Positions 25,788-40,165 of a DNA stretch of 64,000 bases are shown here, piece by piece. A model generated the notes under the pieces. That model was not told the DNA's origin. It was given only the letters and a program-made list of their open reading frames with translations, and ran no database searches. This DNA comes from Marsupella aquatica (Eukaryota > Plantae > Marchantiophyta): positions 13,981,037 through 14,045,036 of the forward strand of contig OZ316891.1 in assembly GCA_973895155.1 (NCBI GenBank). The letters run 5' to 3'. Numbering within the stretch: position 1 is the stretch's first letter; every line of letters starts with the position of its first letter. The position numbers and the translations under genes are program-made.

Positions 25788-25955
25788 CCAAAAATTAATT
25801 AAAAATCTATATGATACAAAGGATGCCCCTTGATAATGTACATTGAAATAAAAATACATGGCACAAAATTGTCCAAAAATTAATTAAAAATCTATGATAC
25901 AAAGGATGCCCCTTGATAAGGCACATTGAAATAAAAATACATGACACAACAATTC
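25788..25955. repeat. Tandem duplication, about 85 bp x2
   Basis: ccaaaaattaattaaaaatctat..gatacaaaggatgccccttgataa...cattgaaataaaaatacatg occurs twice. Confidence 0.88.
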
Positions 25956-26397
25956 CAAGTAAGACAAAATCTGAAAGGTGGATTCACCATATGGCAACTT
26001 CAAAATATACAATCTAGAGTGCTTTAAAAACGTTGGATGAACATTTACCAATGTAGCATGTTCTTCTAATGCCTTCCTGGTTTAACTTATTGAAAAAAAT
26101 GTAAAGTTGTGTTACTGTATCGTATTAAAATGAAATTCAGTAAATGAATCATTCAAATATAAAGAGATGGGATTAATAATTCATTGTAAAGTTTCAAATG
26201 GTAACCCAGAGAATCTAGGCGCAGCAATCTCAAACTGTGTGTGCTCAACAAGAAGGCACGTGTCAAGCGTGTGGACAAATAAAAAACTGAATATAATATC
26301 ATGAACATGAAATTTAACATCCCTCAATAGCACATTGGTATAATGTTCACCTTAGTTTGGGTTACTCACACTAATTTGAGAGTGCCAAATTTTAAGA

Positions 26398-26570
26398 GGT
26401 ATTTGCTTGATCAACCCCCAAAATGAAACTTGTTATTTGATTGACCCCCTGAGTTCTATCAACGGTCCATATCTGAGATCAAAAGGTCCATCAATGGTCC
26501 AGAATGGGGGAAAGTATCAAGGGGGTTGATTAAGCAAACCTTTTCCAGAAGGGGTCTACTAAGCATATCC
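26398..26570. mobile_element. Small MITE (Mutator-like) of about 175 bp
   Basis: Inverted ends ggtatttgcttgatcaaccccc / ggggtctactaagcatatcc with internal inverted copies; both flanks resemble aaatttta. Confidence 0.5.
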
Positions 26571-27344
26571 AAATTTTAGGGTCTACTTGTGAATTAGTGT
26601 TAGTCACACTAGTTGTCATAATAGTATTTCTGGGTGCGTGAATTAGTGTTATTGTGGTCTCCAGAGTGAAAAAATAGAGGCAAAAAATGATTTTGAAAAA
26701 GCCACAAGAATTAGTGTCAGCTTGGACTCAAGATCACCCATGTTTTAATAGGAATTAAAACAACAGTGGAAAAAAACTACTCTGAAAATGACAAAAGATA
26801 GTGTTACTTGCACTCAAACTATTTTTTACCAACATGAGTGTTAGTAACGCTCATTTTGTATTAATAGTATTTCTTGCATAAAACTAATTATGGTGAACAA
26901 GGGGCAAGCTGCTGCGGAGGCACACTAGCATCTTCGGTGAGAGATGAAAGGTAAATTGCTTCAGCTTGAGCACACTATAATGTCACTGAAATGTGTGGTC
27001 AAAACAGATTTCGGGGGAATGGAAAAAATTGGAAACTAAATACTTAGGGTGAAATAGGGTTGTGGAAGGGTGGCAGAGAAAAATGAAAGAAACATTGTTG
27101 GGGGTTGAGTTAATCTCAAAATGGAAAAATAACATTGAAGACTACCCTCATAGGCTGAAATTAAGATTCAAATAATAACCAAGAAATGGGGACTGAAACA
27201 AAGATACACTATATGTAGCACTGTAAACAAAACCTTTCTGCTGAGCACAATACTTGTTAAATTTAACTAACATGCACAGCGACCATGCAAAGTCACATTA
27301 GCAAACGTGCTATTTTTGGAGAAGCCATCAGAAATCCATTTCTA

Positions 27345-28745
27345 GAGAGATATACTGAATGGACCCTCCAAACACGACTTTTTTACTTAACAAACCAAAA
27401 GTTGCACACTCTCTCCCAGTGGACCTTCGGGCCCACCAGAGGTACTGTCTATGTGAGATGTTCTTCTAACACACTATGCAGTCCTTATAACACAAGATTG
27501 TTATTGTAAAATGCAACATGATGTTCTACTGTTCTTCACTACCCGACCGCATCACCAAATGCAATTGACTACGATTGCAGTTCCAAGTGAATCAATGTAT
27601 TGACATTATATACATTGACCACAATGCATACAAACATCAAGTGTAATGTCATTTGACAAACCAGACACTGTGTGGCCACACGATGACATAGAGCCCTGCA
27701 GCTAGATCATGTATACATCAACATCATTGTATACAAAGACCACAATGTTGGATGAACGAGGCATTGTGCGACCACAACATATACAAAGCGGTGTAGACAT
27801 TGGCATATACCAAATATATTATATTATATATATATATATTATATATATGGTGAAACAACTTAGGGTTTAGAGTAAACCTTGGAGTAGGCGCATAAAAGCT
27901 AAATAGGCTTATATCTGGAACCGAATACATTCTTGACAATGTATTCAGAGGAGGACCCGCCAAATCATTGACACGTTACTAAACTTTTGCACATTTGACT
28001 TTTTTTATGCACATGCTCTTCGCATGAGCTCGCATGACAAGGTTGCACATGTTGGGATTGGCCCCATGATGTTGTCTGGCCACTCCTTCATTGCAATTTG
28101 CACATCCTCAAGGGTCCACATAGCAAGAACACAAGCGGGAACACAAGCAGGATCAACAGGAACAAGCAACATGAGAAAATGCAAGAAAATGTCGAGAAAC
28201 AAACCAAAACACAATGAGAACAAAGCAGGTTCTGCATGGGTTCCATAAAGGGCGGGAACATTTGAATTTTGAAAATTCCTTTGAAAGTTGTATACATTAC
28301 GGACAATGTATTCATGAAAGCAAGGAGGTTGGGGGAGGTATGACGCTTTCAAGCTCCAAAGTAGTCATAAACTATTTTCTTTGTATCTTGAATACTAAAG
28401 TGACAATGTATTGTGAAAAGTTGAGAGGTGGGGACCCAAAGGCGCTTGCGCGCTCTAATGATGCCGCAAACTCGTTCAATTGTACTTTGAATACAATAGC
28501 CATAATGTATTCAACAAAACTAGGAAGCCATGGCGCTTGTCAGCCTACTACACACGACCAACCAAGGTGTCCACAAGGTATGCAGTGGACCTGACTAGCG
28601 TGGTAAAGTGTTTCACAAGAACATTGTTGTACGGAGTGGGCCCGGAGGTCCATGGGGTGAGAATCTAAAACTTTGGGTCCACTGGGAGAGAGTGTGTGGG
28701 GTGGTGTGTTAAGTAAAAAAGTTGCATTTGGAGTGGAAGTTCATT
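27345..28745. mobile_element. Long-TIR non-autonomous element; related sequence at 42168-42850
   Basis: 27355-27440 (ttttttacttaaca..cacactctctcccagtggacc..gggcccac) is the inverse of 28635-28735; the same blocks recur at 42170-42380. Confidence 0.6.
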
Positions 28746-31700
28746 TCTATGTTGTAGCTAGTAGATGAAGCATGTTAAGAAGGTGGCTATCCTTATGCCG
28801 TTCATCGTCTTTGACGGCTAGTGATACTGCCTTAAGATGGGATGAATTAGGTAGATTTACTTGGTTGCTTCTTTTGATTCCCTTTGAGATTAGATCTGGA
28901 TACTCTAAAGAGAGGAAATGGTTTGTTTGTTTGTCTCCACTCTGTTTCACAAGAACTAGGGACCCCATCAGGGTGTCTACCTATTCTACATGGCAAGTAG
29001 TGGGCCCAAGTAAATGTTGATGTGAAGTGCTTGTTTTGTCTAGAATCTTTAGACTACCAATGCTCCCATACATTCCAGACTTTGGCTCCTTTATTGTGGA
29101 TTTGCCTTTGCTGATGTTCATTCAAAAGAAGTCTGCAGTGAGTCTATCTTTAGAACAAGAAGTGACCCTGCAATGGGCTTTGGTGAAAACGAAGTCACAA
29201 GTGCCCCCCCATGCTTAGTACAACCACCCAGCTTATATGATTATGCAAATGCTTCTTTGTTTTTGGTTTGAAAGGGTGCTTCACTGGGGAGTCTCAAAGC
29301 TTCAACTTGATGAACATTAACTTAGTAGTTAAGGTTAAGGACTGGAAAAAGTTAGGGTCTACCAAATTTGTAGTCCATGACTTTTTACCAGGAACATTGG
29401 TCATATGCCATGACTGCAAGTCACTGTAGAGGCTGGTAAAATTTGAAATAAAAAATCACAAATCATGTGGAAAAGTCCCAACCATTTGTTTATAGCAAAA
29501 AGTCACCAAATATCCGCAACTTTGAAGCTTTGAGAGGCCCTACTGAGTCAAACACTGTAGCAAATACATGCCATGCCAAACAAGGAAGAAGCCTAGAACC
29601 CAATACAAACCAAACACACCCTAGTACATCTTCTCATATTCACATGGGAGCCACAAAAGGGTCATATATATATGTAGTGGGTTTTACTAGGTTGCCAAGT
29701 ACTTGTTTAGATTCCTTGAATGTACTTGTTTAGATTAATAAGTACTATGCTACTTTTTCATCATGGGTAGATAGAGTGGCTTAACTTTGCAGAAGATCCT
29801 AGTGCCTTGAGAACACCACATTGGAGAACCTGACTATTCCCATCACCCTGGGAGCAGAGTTTCCAGGTAGACAAGGGCACTTGACATAAAGGGAGGAGAG
29901 GGTGGGGGTAAATCCGCACCAAGGCCAGAACTCTGCTTGCTATGCTCAAGTGGACCAAAATTTGGGCTATGTGAATCCAACCCAAGGAGAATGGAAACCA
30001 TTCAATTATTTGATGTGACAGTCTCAGGGCCATAAGATCTCTTGTGGATAACCAGGGTGAAGCCACTTAACCCCTGACCACAAGAAATTGACATTATTAA
30101 ACCTATCCTTATACTGAAGTTTACTTTCATGAGTCGTTTGGCGCAACTTTGAACCAAAACTTTCAACAAACCTCTGGAGGTGCACTAGCCTTAAACGTGT
30201 AACTTCTTTGCATATGGGTTTGAGCAATTTGACAAAGTCTATACCAAAATTATGTTACACCTGGTAACCATGTAATCAACATTGAAAGACACTTGTCCAA
30301 ATGCTGTGCACAGAATCTCAAGTTCTAGAAAATCTCTAGTTCTAGATCTTTTGGCTCCTCCCCGCCATTGAGAATAATCTCATGACTTTGGCAATGTGCA
30401 CCTCTGTTCTTGAATTCCAGCTAATATTTTGATTTTCTTATGGCTTGAGATGGCAATGACTTTGTGAATAAAAGATTGGAGACTCGGACACTGGGATAGA
30501 AGTCTGGGACTGCAAGCTATCGATGCAAGCAGATACGTCCTTTCAATCTGGGATGCATTGTGATCCCTTCCGCCACACCTCAAGCTTGGATCAGTGGAAT
30601 TTCATACTGGCAAAAATGTCAAATGTAAGCTGATTCAATTGAAGAGGTAGCCTTGGGCCTGCTGCGTATAGAGAGCAATTTGACTGGAACCGGCTGAGGA
30701 ACCGGCTTCCCAGCCATCGCCCGTTATTACGTTGTGATCCACAATGAGCAGCAGCAATAGCAGCTTTGCATTTGAGCTTGGATAACTGCACCCACAGCTC
30801 GGAGAAGCGGCCTGGACATTAGCGACACCACACCACGTCTTTTGCATTTGTGTGTTGTGCAGTGAAAAAGATATCGTCGTTCCTTCTCCTTAGGAATTTT
30901 GTGAAATCCCAAATCCTTTGTTTGGAGTGTGAAGGACAAACAACAACCGAGTAGGATGTAGAGTGGACAAGCATGATTTTTGCTGTTGGCAACAAGGAGA
31001 GAATGTAAGAAATGCTTAAAAGGCTTTAATTTTGCTTACTAGTTTGCAAGCCAACGCGAGCAATCCTATCCACAAAAGCATCTGCAAAACTACAATCCAA
31101 AATTCATACAAAAAGTTGTTTTCATCGTGAGGTTGAATAGCCCCAGCCACAGAGAAAAGTTCTTGACAAGACACGGATGACTGCATTAATGCCTGCCAAA
31201 CAGAACAAAAGAGAAGGAAAAGACATTAAATTTGAATGTTTCCTGTAGGAGCAGAGGGAAAGAAGAGACCTAGTTACTACACTTACAGAAGAAAGACAGG
31301 TTGGCACCCAATGGATTGTCTACTAGGCTGGGGGACGAGAAATTTGCAAGGTACTCTCTGCATGGCGTAGATACTCAACAATGCTGTCAAATTAACCTAA
31401 CAAGAAGGTAGATAATGCACTTCAATTCCAACCGTCAATTGTGCCTCTGAGAAGAAAGTGGAGGCAATGTGCTAGTAGTCTGTCTTGGGGTGCTTAACCT
31501 ACCACTTTATCACAGTAAAATTCAAAGGCTCCAACGTAAAACCTCCAGGAAAACAAATGTACTCCATAAAACAGAATAATCCCCGTAGTGCCACGAAAGA
31601 AAGCTGTAACTATCTTTCTTGCTATCTCACTCTCACAGCATCCATGCCAGCTGCACCTGCTCCTCCCTGTTTCTCGCTCTCACTCTCCCACTCTCAATAG

Positions 31701-33841
31701 AAAGTGACATGATTGTTTGCAGAGAATTTCCTAAAAGATAGATAAGAAGTTCTAGTTTCTTCAGTGATCAATGCTTGCAATCCCACATTGCCGACTTCAA
31801 ACTCTCCTTCCTCAAACCTTCAATTTTGCTACTGTAGAGTATTTACAAATACTTGTTTTCTTTAAGACTGACAAAACATGGTTTGTGTATCTTCTTACCT
31901 GATTGACACAATTCCGTAGGTGAAGAGAAGAGCACACTTGACGCAGGGGAACGAGAAAAGTACAAGCAGATAGGGCATGAGAGACCTATGCTTCTAAACT
32001 CACTATTTGAAGCTGGTTCGTGAACCAAGGTTACAATTTGGAAAAACAATCAAAACTTTGAAAGGACCTATTTAGGTCCCCAGAAACTTCAGCAGAATTT
32101 TAGTGCAGCTTTGATCAATAAAAAAAACTTTAGAGCCCAATCTTTTGTCTCGTACATTGTTTGAACTCAAAGTTGTATGGGTCATCCCTAGTTAACATAG
32201 TTTCCGGATAGGTTTATTGTATTAACAAATTTTTAAAAGGTGGCAAGTTTTGACATACAAGAGGTTACAATGAGATTTTCTACATTGCCATTGGTAAATG
32301 CAAATAAGTACGTTACACTTTTTGTCCTCTACTGGTTAAGAAAACTAACTAGGATAGTTTCACAGTCAACATCAAACCAGGTTTCACCATTGAAGGGGAG
32401 TCCAATGTCCTCTACTGTAAGGGCCAGACCCTTTCCAACCAACACTGGGTTGAGTCTCTTACTTTGCTCTTGCTCTTCCCCCTTCTGGTTGGCTGGCACA
32501 ATCCCCTTGATTGAGGGTGAGAGAGGATGTTGAGGTTAGATCGAGGATGGTAATGACAGTCCAATGATGAAACATTTTGCAACATATTGACCTTTGGATC
32601 ATTCCAAACTAACCAGAGTGACTTTGCTTTAACTAATGGCGAAAAAAGTAGAAGGATATTGAACTATGGATCATTCCAAACCAACCAAAGTTACCTTACT
32701 CAACCAGTACGTAATTTTAAAAAATAGTTGCAAATCTCAAATCTAGTAGAAAAACCAATTGTTCTGCAATCAACGTGGGAGTATGTGTTTGTTAAAATTT
32801 CCTTGGTTAGTCACATGGCCTCAAAGGGAGCCCTGTCCCCGTTACTCTCTCGCAAGAAGACGCACGCAAAACTGCATGCAGGCAACTCCATAGCCACGCA
32901 CGCACGCCCTCTCGCACACTTCCACATTCGTTTCACACTTTCACACCCATAATTATGCACAAACGCTCCTCGCTGCCTCACTCCCTCGGTCCCTCCTTTC
33001 ACCGAGATTTTAGCTTGGGACCACTCCTGACGACGTGACATCACATGGCAGGCAATCGCAATTAACAGCCTCCACTTTTCTTTTTCTTTTTGACCGCATG
33101 TGCGACAATGTGTTGCTTTGACCAACAGGCGCTCGAATTGATGATGAGGTCAAAACGAAAACTTCTACTCATAGCTTAGCACTTTTTCTGCTTTGCCGTC
33201 TCCAGATTTGTTTCCTTCGATCATTCCATTTTCTTAGCCTGTTTACGAGTGTTGATCTGAGTAATTAACTTTTAGAGATTTGTTACACACGTTGTCCTCT
33301 CCCGACTTATAGGACACCCGATTTAATTGGACACCGCCACTACTGTAGCCGAATTGTTTAGGCTAGACTTCAGCAGGCTTTGCGGGAGGGGCTACTTTTG
33401 GGCTTTGCAGACATATATTTGGAGCACAAGTTTCCAAATTATGAAATCAAGTGTATTGGAGCTGCAATAACATTACTCCGTTGGTATCATGCAAAAGTTT
33501 GCACAAGTTTCCAAATGATGAAATCAAGTACAAACTTGATAGGACAAATGAGGTGATCACTATCAAGAAGGAGGAAATGGCTTTTGCTGACGGATACTTG
33601 ATTGGTTGGTCTAAATGGTCTGATGATTTTTTAGAGGCATACAATGAGGATGAACTGACATAAAGTGGTTAAGTGGGATTGCACATGAGGAGAAGATTTG
33701 ACATGTTTTCTTTAAGTAAAGTGATCTTGAAGCACTCTGCAAAACAATCTAAAGTTAACCAATTGGCTTTGGTCAGTTGGCCGAGGATGAGCCTAGAACC
33801 AAAAGGTCCTCCCTCCACACATGAGGAGTGTGGAGGATATA

Positions 33842-33938
33842 TGTGTGTGGGTGGGGTGTAGTGGTGGGAGTATTGATTATCTTCTCAGTATGTGTGTGTT
33901 GGCGGGGTGTAGTGGTGTGAGTATTGATTATCTTCTCA
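33842..33938. repeat. Tandem duplication, about 51 bp x2
   Basis: ggggtgtagtggtg.gagtattgattatcttctcag occurs twice. Confidence 0.85.
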
Positions 33939-35626
33939 GCCCTGGTTGCCCACTTTGGGTTGTGATTTAATCCTCTCTCCCTCCTAGTCTGGTCCCTGTC
34001 GGATCCCTGGGTATTGTCCTCTTGTGGCTGCCCTACATTGAAATGCATGCTCCAAAGCAGGATGTCTATCCTCTTTTGGATGGGCCTGCTTTAGATTTTC
34101 AAGGCAAAAAAAAACAATCTAAAGTTTGTATTCACAAACACCTTTAAGGATGACTATGTTTTGGATGCAAGTGTGAAAGTCTGCCACATTGCTGGACTTG
34201 CAAAGCTAGTCCAGCCAGTTATTTCCAAAGATCTAAACTGGTACTTTTGGGCAGGGAATCTTTTTCACAGTCCTTCAAGTTTGAGACACTCTAATTGGTT
34301 CACTCTTTTGTGACCAAATGTTATTTGGCTAGAGACCTCGTTTTGTTTTTTATTCAAAAGGAAATATAGAAGATCATGAAGTTCTCCACACCAATAGTGA
34401 GATACACCTACGGCAGTGTCCACCCTGCAAAACTCCCACAGGTCCTTGCTAAATGACTTTTGAGTGAGAGCCACAAGCAAGAAAATCTTCAAGGTTTTTT
34501 TTTGTTGGCAATGGTTACATTATCCTCACTAGGAAATGTTAGAATATTCCTTATCTAATATTCCTAGGTTTATTGGGGCAATTACATCTCCCGGGATTGA
34601 AGGAGAGCCATTAGATTTTGACCAATGGGACCCAAAACATCTGCATATTTTTGCCAAAAGTGGCTATGGTGTCTTATTGAGGTGGAATTTGGTGAAATTT
34701 CGCCACCGAAAAAGGTTGAGCCTTAATGGTCGAACCTACCAAACAATCCACATTGCACGACTTAGTGTCGTGTTAAGTCCTTCATCTCTTTGCGCCAGTA
34801 ATTTTGTCCCACATATCCATTTCAAGCGCAGGCGAATCCAAAATCCACAGAGTGCCGTCAGAAATTGAAATTGGGCAAAGACAAAAATGGTCGAAGACGA
34901 AAACTGGTCGGTGAGCGGTCTCCTCTAGAATACTATGCAGCCGCTATCGCCGACACAAACGGGTTGGATATCTTTTTCTTCTCTTGAATACCATACAGCC
35001 GCTACTGTCGAGCCGAAACATTTCGACCAGCAACATCGACAATCATGCCCCGAGTCCCTTGTCATGTTCGCCTTCGGGATGAAAGTGGCTGGGCTGGCAT
35101 TTCATGTCAACGTACTTGATTTGAAGGATGAGTTCTCTCGTTCTATATCGGGTTTTCTTATCTGTTCCCTCTCCCTCGTTAGTCCTACTGTCTGAGATGG
35201 AAACTACAGCTATTGAGTAATTGAGCTGCTTAGTTATCAGACGAGGCGAGAACACTCCACGGGATGTAGGGTTGTAGGTCGGCGTGAGACGAGATAGTTT
35301 CCTCTTCCTCAAAACAGGAATCCTGAACTGTAGCTCACCGGCTAGCATCATCTCTGGCCCATTGATTGATTCGGACTAGTTCTCTGTCAGCAGGTTCACG
35401 CGTCTAGACTACCATGTAGATATAGATAGCTGGCCTTGCTTGAAAGTTCACACGGTTTGAGACTCTTTTCTAAGATTCCTCGCTATGCAAAGGATCCAGA
35501 ATTATCACCAATGTTCACGGAAGACTGACTGAATTGATTGGATTCGTCGTCCTGTTCATATTACAGAGATTTTCCCGGGATGAGCGCACCCGATCTCCCC
35601 CGGCTCGTGATCAAATGCTTAAAAGC

Positions 35627-35801
35627 GTTAAATTGTCAAATTGTGAAAATCGTCCACTCACTGTGACTACTTGTTAGATTGTCAAATTATTAAAATCGTT
35701 CCACTGTGACGATTTGTTAAATAGCCAAATCGCTAAAATCGTTCCACTGTGACGATGTATTAAATTGTCAAATTATCAAATTTTTAAATTTGTCCCACTG
35801 T
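35627..35801. repeat. Minisatellite, about 43 bp x4
   Basis: gttaaattgtcaaatt...aaaatcgttccactgtgacgat units. Confidence 0.85.
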
Positions 35802-36939
35802 ACATCAATCTTTGAAACAGCCATCGCAGTCACGAAATTTGTTTCTGAAGTGGTTTCTGGAATCGTCTGAGATGATGATTCCAGCAGCAGCGGCGGGATG
35901 AGGAGCCTGTTCGAAAGATAATACGACTCGTCGGAATTCTTTTAACTCCAACACAAAAGAATTCTATAGGAGTACAATTAGGGTGGAGAGAATGAATGCT
36001 CGACCCGTCAACAGCGATATCTAATATTCAAGAAGTCGACGATCTTTCAATGTCAACAGTTGATTCGATCAACTGTTGAAAGAAGCGAGGAAACTTGCAC
36101 GCCGTTGGGAAAACCGAAAGGACCCCAAATGAACGTCGCAAATCGCGTCAGGATTCTCGGAAATTGCACGGCTTTGCCAGGTTGTCTGGAGAACTGCAGC
36201 CAAGGGTGTGGCGCGCCCTTGATTGGCAAACCGACCAGCTGAAAACACAACCTCATCTCGCCTTGCTAGCTCGGTGGTATGCCAAATTTCCTGTGAGAAT
36301 ATTTCTGTCAGACTTGTCTCTTTGCGGATTCTTTCGCTGCTCCTCTCCGCTCACAGCCCACCATTCGCGCTCTTTCCTTAGCGTATCTTTTGCTTTCCTG
36401 AACGAACTCCTATTTCTGGACAGAGGTGTTGGTCCGTGTATGCTTTACTGGACTGTACGATACTCCGTAATAATTTAGCGGAGTACTTCGTACTGACGCG
36501 TCTGGCGGAAAGGTGCAAATGCATTTCTCTACGGAACAGCATACTGTACAGTATCTATTCAATTTCTCATACTGTAGACTGTAGTGATGTTTTTCGAGTT
36601 ACAGTCAGATTTCGATAAGTGCAACCTTAATTAATCTAACCACAATATACAGTTATACACTGTATAATGGCTCCGCTAACCTACTGCCTCTAGAATGACT
36701 CGGGGGTAGCTAAATTGAGGGTGAGGGAGGGAAATGGGAATTGCGGTTTGGGGGGTGTAATTGAAGTTGAGGGTGCCTTTGTGAATCATGGATGGGGGCG
36801 GGGTGAATCATTCTGTGAAAAGGTGCACACTGCAAGTCACTCAATCTAATTGGATGCAAATTGCTGAACAGGCCACAGGCTTGAATGTTTTCACCTCTAT
36901 TTATGGTCAAAGAACTAAGTCAGGCTAGTAAAGTGAAAT

Positions 36940-37292
36940 TCTTAAATAAATTCTTAGGTCTAGAGTTACAATAGTATACATAGTTAGGACTAATCTTAGT
37001 TGCATACTTGGCAACATTAGTCATGATGCACACTAGTGTTGCACACTATAAGCCCAAGATGTGTTTGCTTGGATTGGAGTAACTCAGGTTCATTGTTACA
37101 AAGCCAATTGAGAGATAGGGAGAACTTGTTGCTGATACTTGATATGACAGAAGAGTCTGGAGTGCAATACAGTTCTCATGTGCTCCCGTGGACGTAGCCT
37201 CAGTTGAGGTGAACCATGTATCACTCTGTGTTGACTACTTGTGCGTTGGATGATCATGGGCTTGTTGTTGTGAATGTCATCTTTGCTCAACA
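36940..37292 (+). mobile_element. Solo LTR, older copy of the 11748-12089 family
   Basis: Co-linear similarity ending tgctcaaca; the 5' TG and TSD are degenerate. Confidence 0.78.
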
Positions 37293-38080
37293 TAATTTAC
37301 TCCAAAGCTTTACCAGAACTTTCAGTTTAGTGGTGGCAGAGTAGGACTTTAGTAAGTTACTCTTGCCATTGTGAGCCACACTCAGGCTTTTGGCTCTTTG
37401 GTTTTCCTGAGTTTTTCCCTTGTGATCTCCTTCCATGCTTTTGGCACTTTTGTTTTCCTGAGGTTTTCCCTTCTGATCTCCTTTCATTGTGGTGAGGCTC
37501 CTACCTTTGGGATAGTGGCATTTTCTGGTCTTTGGCAATGTGATATGCATATTAATCGTGCAAGAATACAAAAAATTGCAGCTTTCCTAAATATCTTGAA
37601 AGTGAAGCAATGACTTACATCAAAAGTTTTACCAGGAGCATTGATAGACTCACAGGATCTGGATAGACTAAAGTGTATTCCCATAGCACTATAGTACTTT
37701 GCCCTTGTTACAATTTATGTGTGTCCATTTGGGTCTGTGGGAGGTTTCCCTTGATATATAATTAGTGCAATAATCTTCCTTGAATTACAATACTACCATT
37801 ATTCTTTTCATATTTATAATATTGCCACTTTTTCACAATGTGTATACAATACAACAAAACAGTCTTACATGGAAAGCCAGGTTTTCACAATGTGTATGTA
37901 CAATACAACAAACAGTGTTACTTGGAGAACAAGTTTACCAAGATTACCATATACAAAAATAGTGGCAATATTCTAAATATTAAAAAAACAATGGCAACTT
38001 TATAATAGGAGGCAACTTTAGTGGCAATGTAGTCAAATGCACATGCATGAAGCGGAAAGTGCATTTGAATTGTCTGTGTA

Positions 38081-38245
38081 TGTATTGCACTTATTTGAGG
38101 CTGCAATGTATGGGAGAATTGGGTTCTGATAAGTGCAAAGTCCTAGCTGGATTGCACTTACCAATAACTGCAATGTCATTTATTTATTGCACTTATTTGA
38201 GGCTGCAATGTATGGGAGAATTGGTTTCCAATAAGTGCAAAGTCC
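38081..38245. repeat. Direct repeat, about 62 bp x2 (period about 102)
   Basis: tattgcacttatttgaggctgcaatgtatgggagaattgg...ataagtgcaaagtcct occurs twice. Confidence 0.85.
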
Positions 38246-39231
38246 TCTGCAACAAATAGAGTCACTGGAGTCCTCTGCAACAAAGTCCTCTCAAGTACTT
38301 GGCAACAGTTCTCTCAAGTTACACTACAATAAGGCATTTCACATGATCACCTGGGATTTTTTTGTTTGCAATTTTTCTTTTTCTGCAAGTAAAGGTCCAA
38401 CATAAGGGCTGGGCCAAGAGCCATGACAAGTCAAGTGTCACAAATGGGAGGAAGGGAGAGCCAAGGCCAACAGATCCAAGGACGGCAGAAGGAGGGTGGA
38501 ATTATGGTAGGGCCTTGGTGGTCTCAGTTCCATGGAAACAACCCATTACTTGCAAACAAGAGTGGGGTTTCTTTATTTGGTTTAAGAGAAGACCTAGAAA
38601 ACTGATATAACGTAAGGGTTTAAAACTTAAATGCCTCTAGCTCTAATTTACATCATAATTTGGTTCAGGGCTACCTGTTTATCACAGAAAGTCCAAAACA
38701 GTTGCACTTAATGGGTGTGCCTCCAAATAATGGACAGGGCCAACACAGCAAACTCGGAGAAAGTCTGGCACATTTGTCAAGGACACAAACAGCTCCACTA
38801 AATTAGAGAGCACAGTCCAATCTAGACTTTAGAGTTCTTAACTTGAGCATGGGGAACTTCTTTTATGTGTCAATCATATCATACATACAAGAAGCACAAG
38901 AATGAGCATGGACTTTGGAAAGTAAGATCATACACGTCTATGGACATGATCATTCAAAGCTAATGCAAACTGAGAGTCTGGGAAAGATCTCATTGGCTCG
39001 TGTGGTACCTTCAACTTCTTGTTTTGTGCACTATTCTCAACTTCCATTGCCGCAATGAAGGGTGCTACTCGTGGGCTAAGCTTGCTGGGAATCTACTTAC
39101 TGCAGGTATTATAAAAATGTGAAGACATACACCTCACGGCTTCACATTCTGTGCACAACCTGCAGAGCGGTAATGGCAGCATTGAATGGTGGGATCCAGT
39201 TGGCAGCAAAAAATGAGTTTCCAAGGAATGC

Positions 39232-40165
39232 TACCGTCTTCCCCCAAACACAACGCCCTGGCACTGTGTTCAAATATGAGATTTTTAGCGTCCTAAAAGG
39301 AAAAAAAATGTTTTTCTTCAAACACATTGTATTAGCACAACGCCTGGGCGTTGTGTTCAAAGTTGGCGCTATGTTTGAATATTTGGCATTGAGTTCGAAA
39401 TTGCACCCTGTGTTTGAGAGATTTGAAGTTCATTGGCACTGTGTTTGAATAGTTGGCGTTGTGTTTGAAATTGTACCCTGTGTTTGAGAGATTTGAAGTT
39501 CATTGGCACTGTGTTTGAATAGTTGGCGTTGTGTTTGAAATTACACCCTGTGTTTGAGAGAGATCCTATCTTGTGTTTCCTGCTACATTTGAAGCTGAAG
39601 CAAAATTGAACCAAAAAAAGCTGTCCACAGTTTTTGCAGCGTCTGTAGCAATAGTCGCAACAATTTCTGGAGCAAAAGCTCAGACACACGTACTTGACTG
39701 AAAGGGCACTCGACAACTTTATCTCCTTGTGAAACTTTTTACGTGAATGTGCACATGCACAAAGTTAGAAATCAGATCAATAATGAATCTCTAAACTCCT
39801 ATTCTGACTTATCTCCTACAAATAGGTTCATCAAATTTGTGACAAGCTTTCCTTTTGGCAAACCTTTTGGTAATAGGATAGAGATCCTCTTGATTCTCTT
39901 GGCTCTCTTCCCTTGTGTTTTTCAGTGTTTGAATTACCTACACATTCCCAAACACTTTCTTTAAGACATCAGTTAGACTGTATATGACTTTTATTTGTGC
40001 TTACACCATAGATTAATCTCCTAGCCTTTATACACAATGCGTAAACTCAAACACAACGTCAAACTCAAACAAAATGCCATTTTTTGAACACAGCGCCACA
40101 AGTGAAAAAATCCAAAAAACTTGTGACAAAATTTGAACACAACACCTAGGACGCTATATTCAAAT
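39232..40165. mobile_element. Non-autonomous element with inverted arrays of TGTGTTTGAA/TTCAAACACA motifs, including a 71-bp tandem repeat at 39392-39560
   Basis: The left part is rich in gttgtgtt(t/c)aa and the right part in aaacacaac/gaacacagc; the 71-bp units are nearly identical. Confidence 0.5.

Noticed and set aside
38640-39050. hAT transposase relic (DWTVLSNLVELF, minus strand)
   Set aside because: A single weak motif with no supporting neighbouring motifs.
39392-39560. CRISPR-like array (also 35627-35801 and 1302-1489)
   Set aside because: Units are head-to-tail with no unique spacers and no cas genes, in a eukaryotic context; ordinary minisatellites.
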